A stretch of 64,000 bases of DNA from Selaginella moellendorffii (lineage: Eukaryota > Plantae > Lycopodiophyta). The notes beneath the pieces were generated by a model. That model ran no database searches, was not told where the DNA came from, and was given only the letters and a program-made list of their open reading frames with translations. The position numbers and the translations under genes were made by a program. Below are positions 1 to 16,054 of this stretch, one piece after another; the first letter of the stretch is position 1; every line of letters begins with the position of its first letter. The stretch covers positions 964,184-1,028,183 of the forward strand of contig NW_003314272.1 of assembly GCF_000143415.4 (NCBI RefSeq), written 5' to 3'.

Positions 1-233
1 TGCTAGGTAGCAACTATATTAATGTTCAAACAAACTAAGTGGCAAGTTTAAGTTATTTGTGTTTTAGACAAAATTGTTTAGTAGGGGTTGAGATTTAAGC
101 TTTTCTTTGAAAGGTGATTTAGTCATGGACAATGTTAACTTTACAAGCAGAAGAGTTAGTGATCGATATTAGAATGTTTGAATCCTTATTGAATTTGATT
201 TGGAATATATTAATCATTGATGATTCTTTTTGT

Positions 234-767
234 NNNNNNNNNNNNNNNNNNNNNNNNNNNNNNNNNNNNNNNNNNNNNNNNNNNNNNNNNNNNNNNNNNN
301 NNNNNNNNNNNNNNNNNNNNNNNNNNNNNNNNNNNNNNNNNNNNNNNNNNNNNNNNNNNNNNNNNNNNNNNNNNNNNNNNNNNNNNNNNNNNNNNNNNNN
401 NNNNNNNNNNNNNNNNNNNNNNNNNNNNNNNNNNNNNNNNNNNNNNNNNNNNNNNNNNNNNNNNNNNNNNNNNNNNNNNNNNNNNNNNNNNNNNNNNNNN
501 NNNNNNNNNNNNNNNNNNNNNNNNNNNNNNNNNNNNNNNNNNNNNNNNNNNNNNNNNNNNNNNNNNNNNNNNNNNNNNNNNNNNNNNNNNNNNNNNNNNN
601 NNNNNNNNNNNNNNNNNNNNNNNNNNNNNNNNNNNNNNNNNNNNNNNNNNNNNNNNNNNNNNNNNNNNNNNNNNNNNNNNNNNNNNNNNNNNNNNNNNNN
701 NNNNNNNNNNNNNNNNNNNNNNNNNNNNNNNNNNNNNNNNNNNNNNNNNNNNNNNNNNNNNNNNNNN
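234..767. other. Assembly gap (N run)
   Basis: Continuous run of n characters. Confidence 0.99.
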
Positions 768-3700
768 CATAGCTTTATTATGCTTAATTTTGCATTATAA
801 AGTTTAACTTATAGATGTGTTAAGAAGGATATTATGGGTTATACCTTGATTTTTTCTTGAGCATTGAAATTAGTTCATGCAAGACTTGTGATTATGTTAG
901 ACAAGACTTAACTATAAGCTTCTTCAAACTTTTGGTTCCTTGAGCTTTCATGCTTATGGTCCATTTGTTAGAAATTGTTGAGGAAAGCATTTTGGCTTAT
1001 TAGTTTCAATGTTGAAGTTGGCTTTTGCATCTTGCAATCATTAGTGATGATTGATTATCAACTAGGATAGTTAATTATCCTTGTCAAAAGTTTTGCTTAA
1101 TTATTGTTGATTTAGAATGATTTGTTGTTCTTCGGGATGGTGAATTCTTTCTTCGATAATGATTATGCATCTCTCTATTAATAGGATGATTGATGATCTC
1201 TCATGATAGTTAATTGTCCTCTTTAATAGCTCATGGCTTTTCATAATACCAAATATTCTTTATGGTTTGCTCTAGATTGGTCTTTTGGGTTTGAGATATT
1301 AGTAGGATGTTGTTGACACTCCTTGAGCAACTTTGATTCCTTGGTATTATTGCCCAGGATCTATATAGATTAACTAATGCGATAGTTGGCATGAACAAAT
1401 GTTTGTTGGTCTTGTCATCTGATAAACAAGTATTAGAGTATAGGAACCACCAAGATCAACATAATTGGAAAACATAAGATTCACTATCTAACAAAATTCA
1501 ATAGTAAGTATGTCATCAAGTAAACTCAATGAGAAAATTGAATTACCAAAGATTGCAAATAGAATGCTAAACAATTTACAAAAGATAACTCAAAGAACAC
1601 AAAATATTATTGACTGGCAAACAAAATGTTTGCGAATGTATTGCCCAAATGAAATAACATCAAATTTTATGGAATCTATCACCCAAAGGAAATAACATTC
1701 AATCTATTAGAACCAACTATAGCAACAATCAATAGAATAGAATAAATGTTGTAACTTACTTGAAATACTTTTGTCTTCTAATCTAAGATTTATTCATTGA
1801 TAATTAAGTCTCTAAGATATCATTGTCTTTGATTTTAATATTGCATTTATTGATCTTTGAGTTTGGGCCAGTATAGGTAAACTGCCTTCAGCACTTCGTG
1901 TGTATAGTGAAATCTCTAGTCATGAGGTAGGGGGAGGGGGGGTTATCTAGTGGAGTATCTATATCCTCACATTATGCCACCGGTATGCTAAAATAGCGCT
2001 AGACTCTGTTTGGCTCTGTTTTACGTGCTAATCCTGGCATTGGGATGCTAGATACTCTAAAACTGTTCCAAATTGCTTCATGCTCCTGTCCCTTTGCTCC
2101 TTGGGCTGTATGCTTAGGAATCGCTCCATACTCTAGTTCCTTCGCTCTTTGGCTCCATGTTTGGGAGTTTGGTTCCATTCCTTTGTTCAGTGGCCCAAAG
2201 TCTTGAAACTTGAGTTCCACTCCATTGTCCTTTGGACACGTGGCATGTGACATGTGGCACATAGAGGGTTTAAGTTCTGTTTTGTGGTTATTCTATGGTA
2301 AATTACCATAGGATAAAGAGTAAAAGCCATGTGTGTTACAATTTCTCATAAAGTGTAAACATTATAAATTTTTTTCTTAAGTTGTTTCCTTGGGGGTGGT
2401 CTAAACTAGAGTATGCATCAATGAAGACGTCAATCTTCCCTAAAGGGTGAAGAGTGTCGTAAATGTGAATGTGGGTATTAAAAGTTATATGTTCGAGTCC
2501 TTTCAAATATTCTTTCCTACCTCTTACTATGATGGTAGGAGGTTAATATTGCTAGACCCTTTATCAATCCCTCTTGTGCTAGTGAAGTTAACTGGGCATT
2601 TTGAGTGTAGTTAGACCAAATGAATATAAGGGCGGAATTTCTATGTATTATTAGCTAAGTATACGTAACTTAGTAAAGAGTTTCTGTCTAGTTGTGTTTT
2701 GCACTGGCTAGTGATAAGAACCCCCACTTATTAAGATTAATCCCTCAATATCACCAGATGATAATTTACTATGTTTGCTAAACACACTTGTTATCATGTT
2801 TCATATGTTGGTTTTATTTGGTCTCATTAGCTATTTATAGAAATTGTTTAGATCTACAAGATAGGTATATCTACGGAATATAGAGATCATCACTAGGTAG
2901 CTTCATCATATATCATACATTTTGTGATTTCCTAGTAGAGAAGAGCACCAAGATCAAGCGTAACACTATAGTGATAATAGTAATAATTTTTCCCCTTCAA
3001 TGATTTTCTACTACTAGCCAGCCTATCCTAGCTCAAGTTAGCTTCATGTAGCCCAACTCAGTCCAAACCATGGCTGCCAAGTTATAGCTATGGTCAGCCA
3101 TAAGTAGCACCATGGCTATGGCTGCCTAGCAAATAGCACATTACTGTCGGCACCACCAAATGGCATTGCCATGGCTATGGCCACCCAATGCCACTCCATA
3201 GGAATGGCTACCAATAGCTAGAGCAAGTTTACTTCTTTATGAGTTTTCCTTGTAAATCCTTTTATCTTTAAACCTTTAGAATTTTAAAGAACATATGGGA
3301 GCCACTAGGATACATGAGCATCAATATAGGAGTGGAGTAATAATTATGAAATATAATTCAATGTTTGCTTTATTACATTTTTGGGTAGCAATGATGAAAT
3401 CATTGCTAATGGGATTGCCATACTTAGATAATAGATAGTGGTAGCAATGAAATTCTTAGGTTTTATTATTACAATCATGTAGTGTTTGTAGTTGTAACAC
3501 ACATGGTTTTCACCCTTTATCCTATAGTGATTTACAATATGGAGTAGAACCCAAAACCCTATCTAAGAATAGTGGAGTGAGATTTGAGTTTCAAGGCCTT
3601 AAACCACTAAATGAAGGGATAGAGACAAACTACTAAGCATAGAGCCAAGGAGCAAAAGAAGCGAGGCACAAAAGGATTTTTGAGCATTTAGCCCGAGCAG

Positions 3701-6350
3701 ATGTAAATGATTAATTTTTCCATTCTACTTTAATCATTTAACCATTTGAAAAAGTCTTACATATAACCTTTATAAGTTTTATTTCTGACTTGGGGACTTG
3801 CTAGCCCCGTGAATGACCTCTATACCACTTTACTTTTACACTTAATCCAAGTGCTTCATGTGTCCGATCCCATAACAAACACCTAAAGATACCACTAACA
3901 TATTAGTCTATTACACTAAGGCCATGTCTATTCACCTTTTTTTTATTGGTAGTCCAAAACCACCCATATTACAATCTCATCTTCTAAAGACTAAGCTATC
4001 TATCCATGAGTGGTCATCCTATGACCACACCTTAGCATCCTTAAAATGCTTAAAGACATGAGGAACATCTTTCCCTAATATCTCTTCTTTGGTCCCCACC
4101 AAGTTCCTCTCCATCCACAATTGTGTTCACCAGCACTGTCAATTGGAAAAGGGGCAATTGTGTACTGAGAGAGTGGTCATTGTATCCCTATTTATCCCCT
4201 AAGCTATTAATATCCTCATTGATTATTGACTAACAACCTCTATTAAACTAAGGGGAACTAACATTTTTATTTCTACGTTGAATCTAACAATCCCTCTATT
4301 GTATAGATTAGCTATTCTATATAAGGCAACTAGTCATCCACCTGTACCACAATCCCGTAGTGGATACCTTCATCCATACTCTATAAGAGGAAGGACACAT
4401 ACATGGATGCCCAATATGTACAATTTCAAATTTAGAGGTAGAAATATACCTTACTCAAGGGTATATTATATTTTAAGTAGCCACTAATCAATGAAAATTA
4501 AATTTATGCCATTTGCTCCAATACCACATGTAATGCACTTTATCTCTCTCCCCTTAAACCAATTGAAAAAGGGGCAATTACTTAATGAAAGACCCCTTAA
4601 TGGCTATTTTAACCCCATTTATCCCCTAAAGATCCACAATGATAGTATATCCAAATCTCATCCCATGATTACATGCACTACATGAGGGCCTAACTACTAA
4701 GTCCCATTGACATCTAAGATCTCCTCACCATGTGACCATATCCTTGATCATTACCTAAGAGGACTTCTCCTCCTCTTTTTCACATTCTAGGACTTTGGAA
4801 TAACATTTCAAAACATTATGGCCCTATACAAGCCTTATGGGTACTCCTCTTAGTTTTTGCCTCTGGGTGGCATAGCTATATAACTAGAGCAAAGTTTCGA
4901 TAAGCCACGCTAAGTATCCAAGTAAGTGGTGCCACCTACACTTGGATTGAGAGCATTGACCATCTGATATCCTAGAGGAGCTAGAGTTGGCTCTTGAACA
5001 ATTTACTAAGTTACCTTGCTTGTCCATTCATGTTCATTTTAGTCTTGGACTCCTTAATTGTTATATCATCACCTACCATATAGATATAACCTTCCTAGGT
5101 CACATTAGCTTTTCTTGGCCAAACTGGTTTCACTGAAGTCTAATCCCCACACTCTCCCTAGTATACTTTTGGAACCCCTTGTAGCCCCTCCCCCCTTGAG
5201 GAATGATCACTTTGGGCTTTGACCCTACGACCTGTATTAGTATTTGGACTTGGTCTTGAACTCCATCTCAAACTCCATTTTGGTGGCTTCTCTCTTTATA
5301 AATATAGCATACATGGTTTTCACCTTTTATCCTACATATTTTACCATACGATAACCAAGAAACCTAACCCTCCACATGGCACATGCCACATGTCTAAGGA
5401 CTGCAAAGTGAAACCCAAGTTTCAAGGCCTTAAGCCACTGAACAAAAGAATAGAGTAAAACTCCCAAACATACAACTAAGGAGCAAAGGAACTAGAGCAT
5501 GGGACTCCCGAGTGTACAGCCCAAGGAGCGAAGGGGTAAAAGCACAAAACAATATAGAAATAGTCTTAGAGCATTTAGCATCCCAATGCAAGGATTAGTA
5601 CAGAAAATAAAGCCAAATGGAATTTAGCACTGTTTTAGTATATCAGTGGCATAATGCAAGAATTTGGGTATTCCACCAGCCAATATGTATGGAGATTAGG
5701 CTTAGACCTAAGTCAGACACAGAACAAATACAAACATACAAGCAAGAATTAGATTATACTTCAAATTAGTTAAACATGCTCAACCTACCCACTATCCCTA
5801 CTATACATATGAAACCCCCCATAGCACCCCCCTGAGGAATGTATGCTTTAAGCTTTCACTTTAGTCACATTTGCACTTGAGAACAATGCCATTGTGTTCA
5901 AGATAATCTCTACATTCCATAGATATGCCTAAGACACTTTCTATAAATAGTCATTAGAATTAAATGGGACTAACACATAGGGTATAATAGTGAAAATGTC
6001 TTGGTGAATATGGTAAACTATTATCTAATAAATATTGACAAACCAAGCTCAATATCATAGGGGTTCTCAACACTAACAAGTATAAGTCAATAAATGAGTT
6101 TCTTTAACCAGGTCAAATATATTTGACTAATAACACTTAGGAATTCCCTCCATATGCTCATTTAACTAAATGCACATGTGAAGACTAGTTTCTCAATTAA
6201 CTTGGGTGGAAACTGATAAAAGGGTTCAGCAATACTAACCTCTTCCCATTATGGTAGTAAAGAAAGAATATCTTAAAGGACTTCCCAATAGATAACATTT
6301 GATACCTGTAATCACATTTGCAATAGTAATGTTTGATTGTAACTTCATAA
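768..6350. mobile_element. Degenerate, nested repeat region, probably decayed LTR-retrotransposon fragments
   Basis: AT-rich with no long ORFs. Internal diverged copies: ~1945-2345 inverted at ~5310-5680 and partly at ~3500-3690; ~2440-2900 inverted at ~5870-6320; short direct copy ~4140-4205 vs ~4560-4630. Polypurine-tract-like GAGGTAGGGGGAGGGGGGG at ~1924-1942 and reverse-strand equivalents near 5185 and 5820. Confidence 0.55.
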
Positions 6351-6353
6351 AAT

Positions 6354-6358
<5 letters not shown>

Positions 6359-6416
<58 letters not shown>
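6359..6416. repeat. (TA)n microsatellite
   Basis: Pure TA dinucleotide run. Confidence 0.97.
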
Positions 6417-6420
<4 letters not shown>

Positions 6421-7281
6421 ATGAATTAAATTAGTAATAAATTGTAAAGTAAAACTTTTGTCTAAAATATATATCTTTTATAATAAAAATTTTAATAAAA
6501 CTATAATAAAAGTATAATAGTTACCTTCTAGTGTAGTGCCTATTGTTGCTATGGGATTCTTTCATTAAAGAGCTTGAGCCCTCTATTGTAATATGTGTGG
6601 CATTCATTACTATTTCATGTTCTGGCCAAACTTTATATTGATGCCTAAGTTTATTGTAGTCTCTAAGTGTGTACTTAGCATGTCAAAAGCCTTAATTGAG
6701 CACTCTAGTGCACAATAGCATTGCTGAATTGACAATGGACAATAGCCAATGTGTAGAGAGGCTCATGACTAGCACTCTTTTGGTAGGGAATGTCTACAAT
6801 ACCTAGTTTAGCTACACTTCCAATCTAGTTAAATCTTGCCACACATTTTTGCCATTCTTACCAAACTTAAAAGAAGAAGGTTTTGATATATCAAATAAAC
6901 TGAGAATTCATATATACATTCTAATATATATGCATTTAGAAAAATGGCATCCAAAACATTATTTTGTGAGTCACATATATATGTTTAAACAATTCAAGCA
7001 CACTTCTGTTTTAATTTCATATATTTCACAGTTTAATACACTTTTTTACCAGCCCACCCACCCCAGTACACTTTCCCCAAAACAGTGATCACTAATTGTT
7101 TGCCATAGATATGTTTTAAAAATACCAATTGTTGACATCCTTGAAAAATAACTATTGTTGACATCCTTGTCAGATATTTATTTTGAAAGGATCTTCACAA
7201 AAATATCTAGATATTTTGAAATACTTGTGCAAGATACAAATATACATAAACTCTGAGAGACACGTGGGATGACAACTCGTA

Positions 7282-7289
7282 CTATAAAT
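7282..7289 (+). promoter_or_regulatory. TATA box of the Cys-rich peptide gene
   Basis: CTATAAAT ~70 nt upstream of ATG 7357. AATAAA also present near 7955, downstream of the stop. Confidence 0.6.
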
Positions 7290-7356
7290 TAACCACATCG
7301 GAAGGCCATTTGTATCAAGTTTTGCTTCTGTTGTCTCTGTTTGCTTCAGCATAGTG

Positions 7357-7893
7357 ATGGCATTTGTTCGAGTTTCTTGCATCCTTCTGCTGCCATTGAT
7401 GCTGCTTGCAATTGCCAATGCTGCTGAAGAAGGTAATGCTCAAAAGTTTTGTTTGCTTAAAATTTCAACTAATTCACAAGTTCCACAGCAATGGTGGTTT
7501 CGGAAGGGATGGATGCTATGCATGATCCGCGATATTTGGCTACTATCCTGGAAAAGAAAGGTGCTGCAACTTCCAGGAGTTTTGTTTCATTGTTTTCTGT
7601 TTTTCTTTTGTGCAGGACTAACAAGCGTTGTGGGTGAAACTTACTGTTGCCTCAAGAATGGCTATGGGTGCATGCAAGAGTGTGAAAAAGGCAAAGCGTA
7701 CCAGTGCTGCCTCAAGAATGGCTATGGGTGCATGCAAATGTGTGAGCCATCCAAGAAGTACTCATGCTGCCTCAAGAATGGATATGGCTGCATGTGGATG
7801 TGCGAGAATGGTGTGGAGCACTACTGCTGCGAGAAGAATGGCTATGGCTGCACCAAGATGTGCCCCAAAAAAGTCACTTCTGGCAGCCTCTAG
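7357..7893 (+). CDS. Secreted cysteine-rich tandem-repeat peptide precursor (signal peptide + pro-segment + 4 x 20-aa Cys cores), ~141 aa, 3 exons
   Basis: Exons 7357-7432, 7489-7560, 7616-7893 joined in frame via GT-AG introns of 56 and 55 nt. Product: MAFVRVSCILLLPLMLLAIANAAEE-AMVVSEGMDAMHDPRYLATILEKK-GLTSVVGETYCCLKNGYGCMQECEKGKAYQCCLKNGYGCMQMCEPSKKYSCCLKNGYGCMWMCENGVEHYCCEKNGYGCTKMCPKKVTSGSL. Exact 60-nt periodicity from 7645. Confidence 0.85.
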   Translation: MAFVRVSCILLLPLMLLAIANAAEEGNAQKFCLLKISTNSQVPQQWWFRKGWMLCMIRDIWLLSWKRKVLQLPGVLFHCFLFFFCAGLTSVVGETYCCLKNGYGCMQECEKGKAYQCCLKNGYGCMQMCEPSKKYSCCLKNGYGCMWMCENGVEHYCCEKNGYGCTKMCPKKVTSGSL

Positions 7894-8540
7894 AACGGTT
7901 ATAAATGTGTGGATGGGTATGCATGCCGCTATAGATCTATGGCGGCCAACTTTAAATAAAAACTGAGTGCTTCCTTCTTTGAAGTTCTTGCACATCCTCG
8001 TCCCCCACATTCTTCTACTGTACAATCCTCCACTGATTGCAGACAAACCCATTGTTCCAGATGTGAATTCGAGAGTGATTTCAAGAGTGGTTCTAGAATC
8101 ATGAGTTCCTTCAATGACTTCTAGCGAAAGACGATGATAACAAGCTTGTATAAAGCAAAAAGTCTCTCTCATTTTTTCCATAGCTCCTTTTAGAATCCAG
8201 GAAAAGGACCTGACCCATTGGCGGCAGAAGTAACAGGGACAAGCTCTGGAGCTAACATGCGTCCTAAAAGTCACAATTGTCCCTGCAAGAACGACGCACT
8301 AGACAATCTGATGCTCAAATTTCACGATTCTGCTGTGTCGTCTAGCTCATATCTTGCTAAGGCATATATCGAGTGGCAACATTTGGCGGCAGTCCAAAAA
8401 CACGTGAAAGTATATTGAAAATTTTGTTTGTGGGCCCGATGTCATATTCGAATTAGGTCAAGGTACTTACGGTAGTAAAATCTTAGTTCACGCCTGCCCT
8501 AAAATGCGAAAATTTGGGTTTAGGGTTCTTCGCTCGGGCG

Positions 8541-9881
8541 ATGGTGGCCAGGCGGAAGAAGCTCAAGGAACAGGTTGCGGCGGGCGATGGATCCGGCAAG
8601 GAGAAGCTCGGGCAGGAGGGGAGATTGAAGGTGAAGAAGAAGAAGGAGAAGCGGAAGCAGCAAGAGGCCGAGAAACTGGAGGAGGCGGCGGCGGCGCGGG
8701 AGCTGGAGGACCGGAGGGCGGCGAAGAGGTTCAAGAGGGAGGAGAGGAGGAGGAGGAAAGAGGCGGAGGCGGTTGAAAGGGAGGAGAAAGGAGAGGCATT
8801 GGCGGAGGAGGAGGAGGGGACGAAGATGTCGAAGGAGAAGAGGAAGAGGAAAGAGGAGGAAAATGCGATTGATGCAGTGGAAGAGGAGGATGGAACAAGA
8901 CCAGTCGGGAGGAAATCGAAGAACGCAAAGAAGAAGAAGGTGGATCGATGGGGCGCGCCTGTGGCTCCTGACGCTCCACCACAGCCAGAAATTGAAGAGA
9001 ACGAGAACGATGACCATCAAAGGTACGTCTTCGTCGATTTCTTTAATCTTAAGTTGTTCTTGCTGGCAGGGAAGAGACTGGAGAAGAAGAATATCATCCC
9101 AAAAAGATTTACGCTGGAGGCATGCCATACACTACAAGCGAGGACGACATCCATAGCTACTTTTCTGAGTGTGGAGCCATCGAAGAGATCGACTACACAA
9201 CCTTCCCAGACACTGGGAGGTTCCGGGGCCTCGCTTTCATTACTTTCAAGGTAGACTCTCTTTTTCTCTTTCGATCGAAACTTTCAAGCATGGAGTGCTT
9301 GTCACAGACGCAAGCCGCAGTAAAGAAAGCACTCGAGCTCGATGGAGCGGACATGTAAGTTCCATGGATGGTTTTTCTCTTCTCACCGCTACTTTTCGCT
9401 GGAAAACAGGGGTGGCCGATTCTTGCGAATTATGAGATGCAAAATCAAGCCACAAGACGAGGCCAAGCAGCAAAAAACCTCCTACGCGGAGCCACCACCC
9501 AAGACGGAGGGCTGCACTTCAGTCTACGTTGGAAACCTCTCGTGGGACGCAACCGAGAAAGACTTGCGGCAGTTCTTCAAGAGGTGCAAGATCACGAGCG
9601 TCCGCCTCGCGCTCGACAAGGAAACCCGAGAGTTCAAAGGCTTCGGCCACGTCGACTTCGAAGACGACGAGTCCGTGGAGAGGGCCATCAAGCTCGACCA
9701 GAAGCTGTTCCTCAACCGGCCCATCAAGATCGCCTACGCTGTCCCGCCCAAGAAACCGACCAGCAGCACCAACAGCGATCGCGAGCCGCGGAAGGACAAG
9801 AGCAAGAAAAATGGATGTTTCAGCTGCGGAGAGGAAGGCCACAGATCCTTCCAGTGTCCCAAGAAAGCCCAAGACTACTAG
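8541..9881 (+). CDS. PHIP1: Phragmoplastin-interacting protein 1-like RNA-binding protein (Lys/Glu-rich N-terminus, 2 RRM, CCHC knuckle), multi-exon
   Basis: MVARRKKLK start; RRM1 (GMPYTTSEDDI...RFRGLAFITF); RRM2 (VYVGNLSWD...FKGFGHVDF); knuckle CFSCGEEGHRSFQC. Confidence 0.8.
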
Positions 9882-9950
9882 CAGGAACTTTGAATCAGCT
9901 CTTTATGTTGGACGCCTCAAAATGGGGATGACGGTACCTGGATCAACGTT

Positions 9951-11729
9951 TCACTTGGTTGCAGTGACTTCGTTGTCAACAACTTCTTCCAGAGCACTGT
10001 CAGTGGCAGTGGCTGTGTCTTCTTCGGATTGAGCTGCGGTTTCATCAACTTCCAGGTTCTCGTTCTGCGTGGCATCTTCTCCAGCGGTGTCGAATTCTGG
10101 TGGTTCGGCCGCGGCTTCTGCCGCTGCTGCCGCTTCTGCCACCGCCTCTGCCATCGCTGCCGCTGCCTCGGCTGCTGCAGCTCGACTCACGGCAGAGGCC
10201 ATCGCCGGAGACGCGCGCATTGCCTCCCAGCACTCCCTTTCCATCTCCACGAGCTGCCGGCACACGTCCAGGGCCGTCGTTACATTCCTCTTAAAGTTGA
10301 AGCGGTATCCCATCCAGTCTGTGCTCGCGGGCTTGATGACTTTCGCCAGGATGTCGAAGCCATTTGTGTCGATGTTGTAGAGTATAGCGTCCTGGAAAGG
10401 AAGTTTTGGTTATCTGACTAAGAAAACGGATCTTCTTACGTCCACTTTGACGTGCCGATAAACCATGCAGAAGACCTTGAGGGTGAACCTTCTCGATTCG
10501 GTCTGGTTTATGCCCTCCACGAGACCAGAGAACAAGGTGGCTGCAACGAAAGGTTCCTGTCAAAACGAACTATCCATCTACAGAGTTTTCTTACAGAGGG
10601 CATGAGTGTTTGGAGCAAGTCCCAGCTCTACTTCGTGTTTGGCCCCAAGCAAGTCCACGTAAACGATTGATCTAGCAGGAAAGAAAACGGTAAGAATGGA
10701 CGAAACCAAGTAGAAAGGACTATACTTTGGGCGAAATAGATAGATTGATAGCTCACTAGCGGGGTCTAGAAGCTTTGTTCTAGCTTCGAATTGCGAGGCG
10801 AGCAATTTCTCTGACGCTTCAAAGAGAGGACCGAGTGCTTGACCACCGAGCTCCACAACCTCTTTAGCAGCTGTGTTTATAGACGAGAGAGCTTCCTTTA
10901 CTCTGCTCACCTACAAAAACGTTAAGTCAAGATAATGAAGTCTCAAGAACAAACGATTTTACCTCACTGTCTTCGGCAAATCCCATTACACCAGTCAAGA
11001 TGATATGAGGAGGAACCTACAGAAAAAAAAAAAAGCCAAAAAACTTCCAGCGATTCTCAAGTGATTCGCTTACCTTACCCAGAAGCCTTATAGTTTCCAT
11101 AAGAGAAGGAGGATCGGTATGACCGACGAAGAGCGTCGCGTTGCTATCAACTACAAGATCCTACACAAGGAAAAATAAAATAAAATTGGATAGAAACCAA
11201 ATGACCGCTTACCAGTTTGTGAGCCTTGTCTTCCTTCGTCAAGCAAACATAAGGCTTTGTGAAGAATCCAAACTGGACAATCGAGGCGTGGAGCTTCTCG
11301 TCCCTGGATCACATTTTGTTTCTCTAAGTTGAAAGGGGAAAACCAAGAGAAAGAACAAGGAGAGTACCTCTTGGCTGCTCGAGCTCTCGTGACGAGCTGA
11401 CAACGCCATTGCGATGACAAGATGTTCTAAGAGAAAAAGAAAATGCAGCATTGGAAATCGATTCGCATTGCTTACTGCTACGCACTTTAGCTCTCCCAAC
11501 GAATGTGATGAGATCTGGATTGCCCAAGCTCTGGTGGTACTCGAAAAACTCTTTCATCATCTTCGCTTTGTATTCCAGGCTCTTGCTGCCATAGCTCCGC
11601 CGCTGGCTCACTGCAGCGCCACAAATCGCTCAAGAACACTCTCCCAGAGCCTCGGATCTCAAAATGCGCACCTGTCGCGGCTGAATCTTTCCATCGCTTC
11701 CATAGCTCCTCGCTCCTCCTACGCAACAT
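9951..11729 (-). CDS. FMN-binding split-barrel / pyridoxamine-oxidase-like plant protein (At3g04020-like, from recall), multi-exon, Ala/Glu-rich tail
   Basis: Spliced exons read MLRRRSEELW..., NILSSQWRCQLVT, ILVDSNATLFVG..PP, PPHIILTG, DTNGFDILAKV..WMGYRFNFKRNVTTALDVCRQLVEMERE, resembling the conserved plant family motifs. Short GT-AG introns. Confidence 0.6.
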
Positions 11730-11794
11730 AGAAGAACCCTGAAACCCTAGGTAGTAGCCTCCAAAAAACTATACATTGGAAAAGAAAAATGCCT

Positions 11795-15069
<3,275 letters not shown>

Positions 15070-15256
15070 TCCAGATCCGCGATGCGAAGAACCCTAGACC
15101 CTCTGGAAACGCGGTATAAGAAGAATCCAACGGCTGGGATTCAATAGGCACCAGAATATCCCAAAAGCATCTTTTATTTATTAAATCTCACTCCCGACGA
15201 AAGCATTTTTAGGTTTCTTCAAAAATTCTAGCGCTAGATCCGATCGATCCGCTCCC

Positions 15257-16054
15257 ATGGATTCAGGGCAGGGAGGGAAGCTCAATAGATTCCTGCGCAG
15301 CTGTGGATTTGGCGGCGCCGCGAGGCAGCACCATTCGTCCCAGCCAGCGGCGGCTTCAGCGACAGCGGCAGCGAGCCCTTCGGCAAGAAATCCATTGGAC
15401 GATTGCTTGGAATGCCCGGTTTGCTGGGAGAATTTCAATGGCGGCGACCACACGCCTTACGTTCTCTTCTGTGGCCACACCCTGTGCAAGACGTGCTTGA
15501 TGGGCCTCCAGTGGGGGACAATCAAGCCACTCCAGCTCCAGCTCCCTCTCCTCGTCCCGTGCCCCTGGTGCCAGTTCCTCACGCTCCGCCTCTCCTGGAA
15601 GGGAGGCCGCCTCAAATTCCCGGCGAAGAACTTCTTCCTCCTCTCCATCGTCGAGGCCGCGAGGGGCAGCTCCTCGGCCGCTACCACCGAGTGCTCCAAG
15701 CCGGAGGATCACGTCCCGGCGAGCCGGAGGCTGGACAAGGGCGCCTGGAGGATGAGCGACGTGTGGCAGATCGGGCTTAACTTGCAGCAGCGCCGGGTCT
15801 GGCACGAGATCGTCCACGACGAGTGGAATGCCGACCAGGTGTTGAAGCTCATCCGGCTGATCGCCCAGGTGATCTCCAAGCTGCCACCGATGATCTTGCT
15901 GCTCTTCCTGGTGTTTTACGTCCTGCCCTTCAGCGCTCTCGTGCTGGTGCTCTACAGCTTGGTGACGCTGGTCTTCGCGGTGCCTTGCTACCTGGTGCTC
16001 TACTTCTCGTATCCGGGCATGCAGTGGCTGGCCCGAGAGATTGTTGCTGCTTGA
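15257..16054 (+). CDS. RING-HC zinc finger protein with C-terminal transmembrane helices (putative E3 ligase)
   Basis: LECPVCWENF..PYVLFCGHTLCKTC...CPWC; hydrophobic C-terminus; single exon, 265 aa. Confidence 0.9.
   Translation: MDSGQGGKLNRFLRSCGFGGAARQHHSSQPAAASATAAASPSARNPLDDCLECPVCWENFNGGDHTPYVLFCGHTLCKTCLMGLQWGTIKPLQLQLPLLVPCPWCQFLTLRLSWKGGRLKFPAKNFFLLSIVEAARGSSSAATTECSKPEDHVPASRRLDKGAWRMSDVWQIGLNLQQRRVWHEIVHDEWNADQVLKLIRLIAQVISKLPPMILLLFLVFYVLPFSALVLVLYSLVTLVFAVPCYLVLYFSYPGMQWLAREIVAA

Noticed and set aside
132-807. Four long ORFs in the ORF track
   Set aside because: Artefacts of translating the N gap.
7354-7893. 179-aa single-exon ORF
   Set aside because: Reads through two canonical introns (total 111 nt, frame-preserving). 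The spliced ~141-aa model gives a cleaner pro-segment.
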